64,000 bases of DNA from Limisphaerales bacterium. Lineage in GTDB: Bacteria; Verrucomicrobiota; Verrucomicrobiia; Limisphaerales; CAZKNW01. Shown here piece after piece: positions 1 to 9,970 of this stretch. The stretch covers positions 51,320-115,319 of the forward strand of contig CBFHTT010000031.1 in NCBI GenBank assembly GCA_965658675.1. Direction: 5' to 3'. Below the pieces are notes generated by a model. That model was not told where the DNA came from, ran no database searches, and saw only the letters and a list, made by a program, of their open reading frames with translations. How positions within the stretch are numbered: position 1 is the stretch's first letter; every line of letters starts with the position of its first letter. A program made the position numbers and the translations under genes.

Positions 1-1210
1 CTGCGATAACGCCCGATGGCAAAGTCTTTCGCAGAGGTTGAAGGATTCTTGAGCACGGGCACCTGACTCAATCCCTGCAGGTGCGATGGCTTGGACAGCC
101 CGCTAAGATCACAGAGGGTGGGATAGATATCGATGAACTCTGCAAAGCTCTGGGTGGATGCTCCTTTCTGAAATCCTTCCAATGTCGGAGCGCTAAACAT
201 GAGTGGTGCACGCATGGAGGACTCAAAGCAACAGTGCTTACACCAGAGGGTATGATCGCCAAGGTTCCAACCGTGGTCTCCCCAGAAGACGATGATGGTA
301 TTGTCACTGATTCCGTTATCGGAAAGTGATTTTAGCAGTCTGCCTATGTGGGCATCGGTGTAGCTGACGCATGCGAGGTATCCGTGAATGAGCCGACGTG
401 CCTCGATGTCTGATAAGGGACCTTTCTTGGGGATGCCATGATAGGCGCGCAACTCTCCGAAAGTATGGATGGCTTCCTTGGGTGCGTTCTCCGGCACCTT
501 GTAGTTATCGGGCAATCGGATGTCATCAAAGTCGTAGAGATCCCAATAGCGTTTGGGAGCAATAAACGGCAGGTGTGGCTTGGTAAATCCGACAGCAAGA
601 AAGAAGGGATCATCGCTGTCCGCCAATCGATCAATTGTTTCGACGGCCTGATTGGCAAGGATACCATCGCCATAGGTATCATCACTCACCACAGCTGACT
701 CATAAGCCGGACCTCTACGTTTGGGAGGATTGTTCTTTGCCTTGAGAACGTTCTCTGGATTGGCATATCTCACAGCTTCCTTTCCAGGACGCCACGGTTT
801 CTCTGACCACCCGTGAACGTTGTCGCCTGGATTGTGAAAGATCTTCCCCAAGGAAACCGTGTGGTAACCATTCTCCTTGAAATGGGTATTCAAGGTCTTG
901 CGTCCTGGAGCATCTTTATCAGCGCGGGAGAGATAGGTCATGAACCTTCCCGGCGCGGGTCGAATTCCTGACATGAGACTGGCGCGCGAGGCACCACAGG
1001 TCGGAACCATGCAATAGGAGCGTTCGAACCGCACACTACGTTCAGCAAGGTTGTCGATGTTTGGCGTGACCATCTTGGACACACCGAAGCTCCGGATCTC
1101 AGGTCGCAGATCATCAACGGCAATGAAGAGAATATTGGGACGATCAGCAGCCTGCACCAACAACGGCAAAGAAAGGAGGAGTGAGAGAATAGCGGAAAAT
1201 CGTTTCATAT
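1..1210 (-). CDS. Sulfatase (formylglycine-dependent, iduronate-2-sulfatase-like). The C-terminus runs off the window edge. Not in the ORF track because no stop lies inside the window.
   Basis: Translating the minus strand from ATG at 1210 gives MKRFSAILSLLLSLPLLVQA (signal peptide), then NILFIAVDDLRPE, then the active-site segment CMVPTCGASRASLMSGIRP (sulfatase signature with Ala in place of Pro), then GDHGWNLGDH. The frame stays open to position 1. Confidence 0.8.
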
Positions 1211-1242
1211 CAGGATCTACAATGTCCTACGCTGTCTGTGGA

Positions 1243-2631
1243 CTAGTTCTTCAACCACGGTTGGCGGGCGTTCTTTGTGATCTCTGCATCCAGCTCCTTC
1301 ATACGTGCCTGCAGCTTGGCGACCAACTCAGGTTTGGAGGAGGCGAGATTCTTCTGCTCTCCAAGGTCGTTTTTCAGATTGAACAGCATTGCCTCAGGTG
1401 CAGGTGGCTTCTGACCGCGCTTCACACGTTTGACTTTCATTAGAAGTTTCCAATCACCTTGGCGGAGGCCTTCCAACACACCACGGGATGTGTAGTGCAC
1501 AAATTCGTTGCGAGGCGACTTGGCCTTGTCGTTGTGCAGCAGTGCAGAAGCGTCCAATCCATCGATGATACGATTTTTCGGAAGTGGGGTCTTTGTGATG
1601 GATGCGATGGTCGGCAAGAGATCGATCGTGCCCATCAGCTCGTTACAGGTTGTGCCGGCAGGAATACGACCGGGGCCCCACATGACACATGGGACACGTT
1701 GCCCGCCTTCAAAGGTGGTGCCCTTTCCTTCGCGCAATGGGCCGGCTGATCCACCGTGGTTCTTGAACTGAAGCCATGGCCCGTTATCCGAGGTGTAGAT
1801 CACATAGGTGTTCTCTGCGAGGCCCTGCTCCCGGAGCGTGTCCATGATGCGACCGACCTCAGCATCGATGTGTTCGATGACACACTTGTAGGCATTCATT
1901 GGATTCGGGTCGTAGACATCCTCGGGAACATACAAAGGAATGTGCGGCATGGAGTGTGGCAGGTAGACAAAGAATGGGTTGTCCTTGTTGCTCTTGATGA
2001 AATCGACAGCGCGATCGGTGTAGCGGCGTGTGACTGTCCGTTGGTCCACGGGGAGTTCCACGATCTTCTCATTCTCAATCAAAGGTGTTTTCCAGAGTGT
2101 GAGCGTGGATTCCTGATCTTTCCAAAGGTCGTCCGACTTCACCCTGGGCTTCCCTTTGTTGTCAGGGTGGTTCATGTCATTGGAATAAGGGATACCGTAA
2201 TAAACATCGAAGCCGTTCTGACGCGGGAGTGTTTCAGGGTGATGACCCAGATGCCATTTCCCAAAGCAGGCAGTGGCGTATCCCTGCCCTTTCAGATGAT
2301 CGGCAATCGTGTGTTCGCTTGGGTTCAATCCTTTGGTGGATGCAGGAAACAACACATGCTGATGCATCCCTACCCGCTTGGGATAACTTCCGGTCAACAA
2401 AGCAGCCCGTGATGGCGTGCAGACAGGTGAAGCCACCATGAAACTGGTGAATCGTCTACCTTCCTTGGCCATGCGGTCGATATTGGGAGTCTTGATCGTC
2501 TCGGATCCGAAACAGCCAAGATCTCCATATCCTTGATCATCGGCAAAGATGATGACGAAGTTCGGTTTGGCTGCAATCGAAGAGGCAGCAAGAAGCGCCA
2601 TAAGCGCAAAGGTGATCAGTCGAGGGAACAT
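1243..2631 (-). CDS. Arylsulfatase-family sulfatase (secreted).
   Basis: 462 aa. Signal peptide. PNFVIIFADDQGYGDLGCFG and CTPSRAALLTGSYPKRVG (canonical C-x-P-x-R formylglycine motif). GKWHLG motif. Confidence 0.9.
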   Translation of the reverse strand: MFPRLITFALMALLAASSIAAKPNFVIIFADDQGYGDLGCFGSETIKTPNIDRMAKEGRRFTSFMVASPVCTPSRAALLTGSYPKRVGMHQHVLFPASTKGLNPSEHTIADHLKGQGYATACFGKWHLGHHPETLPRQNGFDVYYGIPYSNDMNHPDNKGKPRVKSDDLWKDQESTLTLWKTPLIENEKIVELPVDQRTVTRRYTDRAVDFIKSNKDNPFFVYLPHSMPHIPLYVPEDVYDPNPMNAYKCVIEHIDAEVGRIMDTLREQGLAENTYVIYTSDNGPWLQFKNHGGSAGPLREGKGTTFEGGQRVPCVMWGPGRIPAGTTCNELMGTIDLLPTIASITKTPLPKNRIIDGLDASALLHNDKAKSPRNEFVHYTSRGVLEGLRQGDWKLLMKVKRVKRGQKPPAPEAMLFNLKNDLGEQKNLASSKPELVAKLQARMKELDAEITKNARQPWLKN

Positions 2632-2730
2632 GCGCGGATTGAAAACGGACCTTCGGCAAGCCGCAAGCCATTCCTTTCTAAACCATCAAGCACTGCGTTC
2701 TCTGCCTTGTTCCGATGCTGAAAGCAGGTC

Positions 2731-4251
2731 ATGTTTCGTTTCATGCGCACCTACTCTTCCTTGATGATGGTTCTATTCGCCTGCCATTGCGCGGCAGCAT
2801 CTCCAACCAATTTCATCATCGTCCTGTGTGACGACCTTGGTTACGGCGATCTTCACTGCTACGGGAGTGAGCAACTCATCACTCCCAATATCGATCGCTT
2901 CGCGGAAGAAGGACTCAGGCTCACAAGCTGCTATTCCGCCCACCCAAATTGCTCTCCGTCACGAACGGGACTGATGACAGGGCGAACTCCTTATCGCGTA
3001 GGAATCCACAACTGGATCCCCATGCTCTCACCTGTTCATGTACCCACCAATGAAGTCACGATCGCCACGCTCTTGCGGAACAACGGCTACGACACAGCAC
3101 TTTCTGGCAAGTGGCACCTGAACGGGCGTTTCAATCTCACAGGGCAGCCTCAGCCGAATGACCATGGGTTCAATCACTGGTTCGCCACGCAGAACAATTG
3201 TCTCCCCAACCACAAGGATCCTTACAACTTTGTCCGCAACGGTATTCCGGTTGGCCCGCTCAAAGGCTATGCCGCACATCTCGTCGCCAATGAAGCCATC
3301 CATTGGTTGAGTGATCTGAGAGATCCTGACAAACCATTCTTCCTATTTGTGTCATTCCACGAACCACATGAACCAATAGCCTCAGATCCAAAGTATCAGT
3401 CACTCTACGAGTCTGATGATCCAAGCCTCCCTCCCCATCACGGCAACATCACTCAGATGGATGCAGCCTTCGGCGACTTGATGAAGGCAGTCGATCAACA
3501 AGGGTTACGGGAAAACACATTGATTCTCTTCACCAGTGACAATGGCCCAGCAAAGACCTCCTTTCATCCAAATGGATCTTCGGGACCTCTCAAGGACAAG
3601 AAGGGAGCCATCAGCGATGGAGGCATCCGCGTGCCCGGGCTCATCCGCTGGCCCGGAGTCATCAAGGCTGGACAGGTATCCGACACACCCGTCATCGGGA
3701 CAGACATACTGCCCACCCTTTGTGACATATCAGGAACGCCCCTGCCAACGGACCGCCCGCTCGATGGAACGAGCCTACTTCCATTTCTGAAAGGGAAACC
3801 AATCAAGAGACACATGCCTCTCTATTGGCATTTCTATCATGCACGTGGATCGGACAAGGTGGCCATCCGCATCGATGACTGGAAGCTGACTGCGAAACTT
3901 CAGGCAGATGAGCCGAAGCAACGCGCCGGGATTGATCCCATCGATCAACAAACCATCAAGACTGCTCCCTTGGGAGAGATGGCTCTCTACAATCTCAAGG
4001 ATGACATCAGTGAATCGAAGGATCTGAAGAAATCGCATCCTGAGCGTTTTGAAAGCATGCGCCAGGTCCTCATCGCCAGATACAAGGAGGTGCAGAAGGA
4101 AAGTCCCATTTGGCCCGAATGGGAATTCCCAAGATATGAGGCCCAGAGAATCCAGTGGCCTTCCTATCGGGGAAGCAAACTGGTCGCTCCTCGCACCCCT
4201 CAGATTCCCGCCAACTACATCGACAATCCCCTGATCGAATCCTTCGAGTAA
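2731..4251 (+). CDS. Arylsulfatase-family sulfatase (secreted).
   Basis: 506 aa. Signal peptide. NFIIVLCDDLGYGDL, CSPSRTGLMTGRTPYRVG and GKWHLNG motifs. Confidence 0.9.
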   Translation: MFRFMRTYSSLMMVLFACHCAAASPTNFIIVLCDDLGYGDLHCYGSEQLITPNIDRFAEEGLRLTSCYSAHPNCSPSRTGLMTGRTPYRVGIHNWIPMLSPVHVPTNEVTIATLLRNNGYDTALSGKWHLNGRFNLTGQPQPNDHGFNHWFATQNNCLPNHKDPYNFVRNGIPVGPLKGYAAHLVANEAIHWLSDLRDPDKPFFLFVSFHEPHEPIASDPKYQSLYESDDPSLPPHHGNITQMDAAFGDLMKAVDQQGLRENTLILFTSDNGPAKTSFHPNGSSGPLKDKKGAISDGGIRVPGLIRWPGVIKAGQVSDTPVIGTDILPTLCDISGTPLPTDRPLDGTSLLPFLKGKPIKRHMPLYWHFYHARGSDKVAIRIDDWKLTAKLQADEPKQRAGIDPIDQQTIKTAPLGEMALYNLKDDISESKDLKKSHPERFESMRQVLIARYKEVQKESPIWPEWEFPRYEAQRIQWPSYRGSKLVAPRTPQIPANYIDNPLIESFE

Positions 4252-4357
4252 GTGCTCTGAGTCATCTATTTCATTGCCGACTAGGCCCCGAATCCAAGAA
4301 ATCAGGCATTTGGGATGAAATTACCCTGTTTTCCTTAGAAAAATAAATTGTCAGCGG

Positions 4358-5701
4358 ATGTCGCCTCTCGGCAAGCTATCCGGCTTTATGCATAAGGTTC
4401 AGATAGGACTGATTGGCGGAGGGACCGTCGGTGGTGGAGTCATCAAGGCACTGAAGAATAACGGTCGCCTGATTGCCTCGCGTACCGGTGTGGAGCTGAA
4501 GGTCAGCGCCGTCGCCGTGAAGGACAAAAGCCGCAAGCGCTCTGTCCCGATTGCCAAGTCTCTCCTGACAGAGGACTGGCGCGAAGTGATCGCCAATGAC
4601 AAGATTTCTGTAATCGCAGAGGTCATGGGAGGCACCACCATCGCCCGTCGGGTCGTGGTTGCCGCATTGAAGGCAGGCAAGTCCATTGTCACCGCCAACA
4701 AAGCCCTGCTGGCAGAACATGGCGAAGAGCTTTTCGAACTGGCACGCAAGCACGGCGCCAACATCTATTACGAAGCTGCCGTCGCTGGAGGCATCCCCAT
4801 CATCAAGGTGTTGCGTGAATCACTCGCAGCCAACCGTGTGACCCGTCTCTACGGAATCGTCAACGGAACCTGCAACTATATCCTCAGTCGCATGAAGGAT
4901 GAGGGAGCCGCGTTTGATGACGTGCTGACTGATGCACAGCAACTTGGCTACGCCGAGGCTGAACCATCACTGGATATCGATGGAGATGATGCATGGCACA
5001 AGACAGCCTTGATGGCCACGCTGACTCAGGGATTCTGGGTGGATCCAAAGAAGGTTCATCTCGAAGGCATCCGCGGTATCTCACAGCTGGATATCCAATT
5101 TGCAGAAGTCCTCGGTTACACCGTCCGTCTGCTGGGCATCGTCAAAGCCGGTGAAGGCAAAGGAAAGAAGGCACTGACCCAGATCGGCGTCTACCCTGCC
5201 CTCGTTCCCAACGACCATGTGCTTGCAGGGATCAACGGAGTCAACAATGCCATCCTCGTCCGCGGCGACATTGCTGGTGACACACTTTATTACGGTCCCG
5301 GTGCCGGACAGGACGCAACCGCCAGTTCGGTGGTGAGTGACCTGATCGATGCAGCACTGGATACCAAGACTGACTCAGGTTGCCGTGTGCCTCCTTTCGA
5401 GACTCACAATCCTGATGGCGGTATTCTTCCAATTGGTGAGACTGTATCCTCTTTCTATATCCGCCTGAGCGTGGTGGACAAGCCAGGGACACTGGCCCGT
5501 ATTTCCAAGATCCTTGGTGATTCTGGAATCGGCATTTCATCCGTCATTCAACCTGAAGGGCACGAAGGAACCAGCGTTCCTCTGATCCTGATGATCCACA
5601 ACGCACGGGATGCCGCCATGAGCGCTGCTCTGAAAAAGATCGGTAAACTCTCGGTGATCAAAGGAAGCCCCATCATGTATCGCGTCGAACACTTCGACTG
5701 A
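4358..5701 (+). CDS. hom: Homoserine dehydrogenase.
   Basis: 447 aa. N-terminal NAD-binding GLIGGGTVGGGV. Central catalytic region. C-terminal ACT-like regulatory domain. Immediately followed by thrC and aspartokinase. Confidence 0.85.
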   Translation: MSPLGKLSGFMHKVQIGLIGGGTVGGGVIKALKNNGRLIASRTGVELKVSAVAVKDKSRKRSVPIAKSLLTEDWREVIANDKISVIAEVMGGTTIARRVVVAALKAGKSIVTANKALLAEHGEELFELARKHGANIYYEAAVAGGIPIIKVLRESLAANRVTRLYGIVNGTCNYILSRMKDEGAAFDDVLTDAQQLGYAEAEPSLDIDGDDAWHKTALMATLTQGFWVDPKKVHLEGIRGISQLDIQFAEVLGYTVRLLGIVKAGEGKGKKALTQIGVYPALVPNDHVLAGINGVNNAILVRGDIAGDTLYYGPGAGQDATASSVVSDLIDAALDTKTDSGCRVPPFETHNPDGGILPIGETVSSFYIRLSVVDKPGTLARISKILGDSGIGISSVIQPEGHEGTSVPLILMIHNARDAAMSAALKKIGKLSVIKGSPIMYRVEHFD

Positions 5702-5725
5702 TACCGTCACTTTTCTTCTTACAAA

Positions 5726-6838
5726 ATGAGCGACCAAACTAGTCCATCATCAAGCGACAACGCCGCCGCCGCAAAAGGCAAGGCATGGCCCGGCATCATC
5801 CGGAACTACTCACGCTTCCTCCCCGTTACCGATACCACCCCAGTCGTCACCCTGCATGAGGGATGGACGCCACTGGTCAAAGTGCCCAACTTCGTTGAGG
5901 CAATCGGAGGCGAATTCGATCTCTATCTCAAATACGAGGGACTCAACCCAACCTGCTCCTTCAAGGACCGTGGTATGACCATGGCAGTGACCAAGGCCGC
6001 CGAGCGTGGAGCCCAAGTCGTCCTCTGTGCGAGCACTGGCAACACATCCGCTTCTGCAGCTGCCTACGCGGCACGTGCAAAGATGAAATGTGTGGTTCTT
6101 CTTCCCAATGGCAATATCGCTCAAGGAAAGATGGCGCAGTCACTGATGTATGGTGCAGAGACAATCAGTCTGGAAGGCAACTTCGATGACGCATTGCGGA
6201 TCGTCCGCGAACTCGGTGAACGCGGAGACTTCGAAGTCGTCAACAGCATCAACCCGGTTCGCATTGAAGGACAGAAGACAGCATCCTTTGAAATCTGTGA
6301 TCAATTGGGACATGCCCCTGACTTCCATTTTCTACCGGTCGGAAATGCTGGAAACATCACCGCCTATTGGCGCGGTTTCAAAGAGTATTACTCTGTAGGC
6401 AAGGCAGACAGACTCCCTCGCATCTTCGGTTTCCAGGCAGCTGGTGCCGCACCGATCGTTGACGGAGCACCAGTCGAAAAGCCTGAGACGGTGGCCACCG
6501 CCATTCGCATCGGGAATCCAGCCAGTTGGAAATTTGCAGAGGAAGCCCGCGATGAATCAAAGGGTCACATCGGCAAGGTCAGCGACGAAGAAATTCTCAA
6601 GGCCTATACCCTCATCGCCCGCACGGAAGGCGTCTTTGTAGAGCCTGCGTGCGCCGCGCCTCTCGCCGGACTCATCCGCTGCGTCAAGGAAGGCAAGATT
6701 CCAACCGGAAGTGTCATCACTGCCACGATGACCGGTCATGGGCTCAAGGATCCAGACCGCGCCATCAGCACCGCCGGTTTCCAGCCAAAGGTCGTCTCCG
6801 CTGACAAGGATTCCGTTCTCAAAGCGATCGGAGTCTGA
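5726..6838 (+). CDS. thrC: Threonine synthase (PLP-dependent).
   Basis: 370 aa. NPTCSFKDRGMTMAV contains the PLP-lysine motif of Bacillus-type ThrC. Sits between hom and the aspartokinase gene. Confidence 0.85.
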   Translation: MSDQTSPSSSDNAAAAKGKAWPGIIRNYSRFLPVTDTTPVVTLHEGWTPLVKVPNFVEAIGGEFDLYLKYEGLNPTCSFKDRGMTMAVTKAAERGAQVVLCASTGNTSASAAAYAARAKMKCVVLLPNGNIAQGKMAQSLMYGAETISLEGNFDDALRIVRELGERGDFEVVNSINPVRIEGQKTASFEICDQLGHAPDFHFLPVGNAGNITAYWRGFKEYYSVGKADRLPRIFGFQAAGAAPIVDGAPVEKPETVATAIRIGNPASWKFAEEARDESKGHIGKVSDEEILKAYTLIARTEGVFVEPACAAPLAGLIRCVKEGKIPTGSVITATMTGHGLKDPDRAISTAGFQPKVVSADKDSVLKAIGV

Positions 6839-6864
6839 TCCGTCATTCAAAGTAGTTTCAGCCA

Positions 6865-8085
6865 ATGGCACTCATTGTTCAAAAATACGGAGGTTCCTCC
6901 GTCGGAGACGTAGACCGAATCAAGAACGTCGCCAACCGAGTCAAGGAATACACTGACAACGGCGATCAGGTGGTCGTGGTTGTCTCCGCCATGCGTGGCG
7001 AAACAGATCGCTTGATCGGTCTGGCAAAGGACATCATGTCCCTGCCCACCGAGCGGGAGATGGATATGATCCTCGCCACCGGTGAGCAGACAACGATCGC
7101 TCTGACTGCCATGGCGCTGCATGCGCTTGATGTCCCAGCCGTCTCTCTCACCGGCGCACAGGCAGGTATCGTGACCGATGGAGTCCACACCAAAGCCAAG
7201 ATCAACAACATCACGCCAGAACGCATTCATCAATTCCTTGAAGAAAGCAAGGTGGTGATCGTTGCCGGATTTCAGGGACAGACCCAGGAAGGTCACATCA
7301 CAACACTCGGGCGTGGTGGATCTGATCTTACAGCCATTGCGCTTGCAGCAGCCCTCAAAGCAGATCTCTGCCAGATTTACACCGATGTGGACGGCGTCTA
7401 CACCTGCGATCCACGGATCGTGAAGAACGCCCAGAAGATTCAGGAAATCTCCTACGAAGAAATGCTCGAACTCGCCAGCCTTGGAGCCAAGGTCATGCAG
7501 TCGCGCTCTGTGGAATTCGCCAAGAAGTTCGGCGTTATTTTTGAAGTCCGCTCCAGTCTCAACACCAATCCAGGAACGATCGTGAAAGAAGAAACCCCAA
7601 GCATGGAAAGCGTCGTTGTGCGCGGCGTCTCACTCGACAAGAACCAAGCCAAGCTTACGTTGTTCTCTGTTCCTGACGAACCAGGTGTTGCCTCCCGGAT
7701 CTTCAAGCACCTTGCTGAATCCAGCGTCAACGTGGACATGATCGTGCAGAACGTCAGTCACGCTGCAGCTCACCCATCCACCGACATCAGTTTCACTGTT
7801 GAAAAGGCAGACCTGACAAAGGCCTGCAAGGTGATTGAGGATTTGAAGAACGAGATCGGCTATGGCGAACTCGTTGCGGACGAGGAAGTCTGCAAGGTAT
7901 CCATCGTCGGAGTCGGTATGCGCACACACTCAGGTGTGGCTGCCAAGATGTTTGAAACCCTTTCGGAAGGAAGCGTGAACATCGAAATGATCTCCACAAG
8001 TGAGATCAAGATCTCCGTGGTTATCAGGCTGTCCGAAGGAGAGAAGGCCACACAGGCTCTTCACGATGCCTTTATCGAGATCTAG
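6865..8085 (+). CDS. lysC: Aspartate kinase with tandem ACT domains.
   Basis: 406 aa. N-terminus MALIVQKYGGSSVGDVDRIKNVANRV is the typical aspartokinase start. Two C-terminal ACT-like repeats. Confidence 0.9.
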   Translation: MALIVQKYGGSSVGDVDRIKNVANRVKEYTDNGDQVVVVVSAMRGETDRLIGLAKDIMSLPTEREMDMILATGEQTTIALTAMALHALDVPAVSLTGAQAGIVTDGVHTKAKINNITPERIHQFLEESKVVIVAGFQGQTQEGHITTLGRGGSDLTAIALAAALKADLCQIYTDVDGVYTCDPRIVKNAQKIQEISYEEMLELASLGAKVMQSRSVEFAKKFGVIFEVRSSLNTNPGTIVKEETPSMESVVVRGVSLDKNQAKLTLFSVPDEPGVASRIFKHLAESSVNVDMIVQNVSHAAAHPSTDISFTVEKADLTKACKVIEDLKNEIGYGELVADEEVCKVSIVGVGMRTHSGVAAKMFETLSEGSVNIEMISTSEIKISVVIRLSEGEKATQALHDAFIEI

Positions 8086-8088
8086 GGT

Positions 8089-9153
8089 TCAACGCGACGA
8101 GACAGTAAAGGTGTGATACACGCCCTTGGGTGTTCCCCACGTGACAGTTCCTTTGATGTCTTCCGTCTTCCCTTTTACAAGAACCCGGATCGTAAACTCA
8201 GTGGGATCAATTCCACCGTTGTTGCGGTAGTGATTGACGAGCACACGGTAGGTTCCTATCGGAGCACCCTTCTTCGGCCAATAGACATTCTCCACTGGCC
8301 TGTCCGTAAGCGGACTGGATGCGTTTCGATCAATATCCAGAATCCCCCCAGACCTTGATCTCCTGTGCTGGTAATTGATTTCCTCTCCTCGCGGATCAAC
8401 CACATGTAAATCCAGATCATTGTTATTGTTCCACATCAGGGACACGCGGACATCACCTGATCGGGCACCTGCCGCAGCCAGGCGTTGCTCAAAACTATCA
8501 CTCAGCGCGAGTGCATTGGTCATTCCCGGGAGATTCTCCAAGGTCATGTTGGAATAGTCGCGATTGTCAGGACGCGAACTTCCACCAGCCCCGGCCATGT
8601 CTGGATTCATATTACCCGCCATGGCAGACGTCGGTCGTTGATTCAACGAGTTGGGAGTATTCCCTGATTCATCCTGCTGCATTTCAGGACCACCTGCTCC
8701 ACCTTGAACTGGTCTTCCATCAGGAGTGCCTCCGTCCATCTTCTGGAGAAACCCCAAAGGATTGTCCTCAATCTCTACACTTTCTGCATCCGCCAACTGT
8801 TGGTTCTCCTCGCCTTCAAGATCACTATCTCCCATCAATGCACCTCGCATATCCCCCCAGAAGCCGCCTTCTGCATCCTGCACTTTGATGAAAAATATCA
8901 GCAGAATGGTCATCACCACCGCACTGATCAAAACATCCTGCCAGACCTTCCGGGAATCATGAACGCTGTCATCTTTTTGGAATGGGTCATACTTCAGCGA
9001 TACATCCACGTCGGCCCCACATTCCGGACATTCGATAAAAGCCTCCTGATAGCGATCGCTCAAAGGAACCACTTCGCTACATTGCTGGCATTTGACTTTC
9101 ATGAATCTCTGTCGATTACAATGGCTTCGGAGGAGGAGTCCGTCCACCACCAA
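8089..9153 (-). CDS. Membrane protein with TonB-like architecture: N-terminal zinc ribbon, one TM helix, Gly/Pro/Met-rich low-complexity spacer, C-terminal globular domain. The true start is probably the MKVKC Met near 9102.
   Basis: 354 aa. CQQCSEVV...CPECGADV zinc ribbon. TM segment LISAVVMTILLIFFI. Spacer GGTPDGRPVQGGAGGPEMQQDES...NMNPDMAGAGG. C-terminal VRVSLMWNNNNDLDLHVVDPRGEE...LDIDRN domain. Last gene of the operon with two ExbD-like genes. Confidence 0.45.
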   Translation of the reverse strand: MVVDGLLLRSHCNRQRFMKVKCQQCSEVVPLSDRYQEAFIECPECGADVDVSLKYDPFQKDDSVHDSRKVWQDVLISAVVMTILLIFFIKVQDAEGGFWGDMRGALMGDSDLEGEENQQLADAESVEIEDNPLGFLQKMDGGTPDGRPVQGGAGGPEMQQDESGNTPNSLNQRPTSAMAGNMNPDMAGAGGSSRPDNRDYSNMTLENLPGMTNALALSDSFEQRLAAAGARSGDVRVSLMWNNNNDLDLHVVDPRGEEINYQHRRSRSGGILDIDRNASSPLTDRPVENVYWPKKGAPIGTYRVLVNHYRNNGGIDPTEFTIRVLVKGKTEDIKGTVTWGTPKGVYHTFTVSSR

Positions 9154-9970
9154 GGACGAGGTCTACACCTTTTTCTATCGGCAGCCACGACACTTCCAAT
9201 CCAGCATCACTTGCAACCTGTTTCGCCTGATTGAAGTCCTGAAAAGAATCTCCATAAACGCGAAACACAAGATACGCATTGGATGGGACCGATCGGTAGA
9301 ACTGCTGCAGTTGTGATTTATGAACCTTGGGGCTGATCCCTTTGCCCGGGATTGGCTCGAGAACAGTGATGCTTCCTCGATTGATCCGCTGAAAGCCTGC
9401 CGTGTTTGAAACCGGTGTTCCCCGTTGATAGAAATTCACCGGATAGACATAACCTCCCCTGACAATGATCTCCACCGGAGTCTTGGTGGTTTCATGTTCC
9501 CGAGGCAAACGCAGCCTCTGCGGGCGGTTCTCATCCTGTTCGACAGCAGATGCTGATACAGCCTGATTCCTCTTCATCTGTTCCAGTTCAGCAAGTGTCT
9601 CTGAAGTTTCCTCCATCTTTTGCATGATCGCATCGAGCTCAGCCTTCAGTTCCTTGTAATTCTGCTCAAGCGTCTCCTGTTGTTGTAGGAGCTTCAACTG
9701 CTCCTGAACCTCTGGATCTCCGGACTGCGCTGCAAGCTGTTCCTGAAAGCGTTGAGCAGCACGCAGTTCTTCCTGCAACTGAGCCAAACGCTTCTCCTGC
9801 ATCTCGCGGGTCTTGATCTCCGCTTCCGTCAGCTTGACGGACATCTCAGCGTCCTTGGCAATCAGTGTCACCATCAGTGCCAACAGAATGATTCCTCCAA
9901 AGAGGTTGCACATTGTATCGAGCAACATCTCCAGACTGTCATTCTCAGCATTGATTCTTCTGCTACCCAT
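9116..9970 (-). CDS. ExbD/TolR-family protein with a long coiled-coil insert between the TM helix and the periplasmic domain.
   Basis: 284 aa. N-terminus LLDTMCNLFGGIILLALMVTLIA resembles the ExbD TM segment. About 100 aa of coiled coil (EQLKLLQQQETLEQNYKELKAELDA). C-terminus AYLVFRVYGDSFQDFNQAKQVASDAGLEVSWLPIE resembles the ExbD periplasmic domain. Confidence 0.55.
   Translation of the reverse strand: MGSRRINAENDSLEMLLDTMCNLFGGIILLALMVTLIAKDAEMSVKLTEAEIKTREMQEKRLAQLQEELRAAQRFQEQLAAQSGDPEVQEQLKLLQQQETLEQNYKELKAELDAIMQKMEETSETLAELEQMKRNQAVSASAVEQDENRPQRLRLPREHETTKTPVEIIVRGGYVYPVNFYQRGTPVSNTAGFQRINRGSITVLEPIPGKGISPKVHKSQLQQFYRSVPSNAYLVFRVYGDSFQDFNQAKQVASDAGLEVSWLPIEKGVDLVLGGGRTPPPKPL

Noticed and set aside
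8089-9153. Calling this gene tonB.
   Set aside because: Only the topology (TM, extended spacer, C-terminal domain) resembles TonB. The C-terminal domain does not show the TonB C-terminal signature, and the N-terminal zinc ribbon is atypical.
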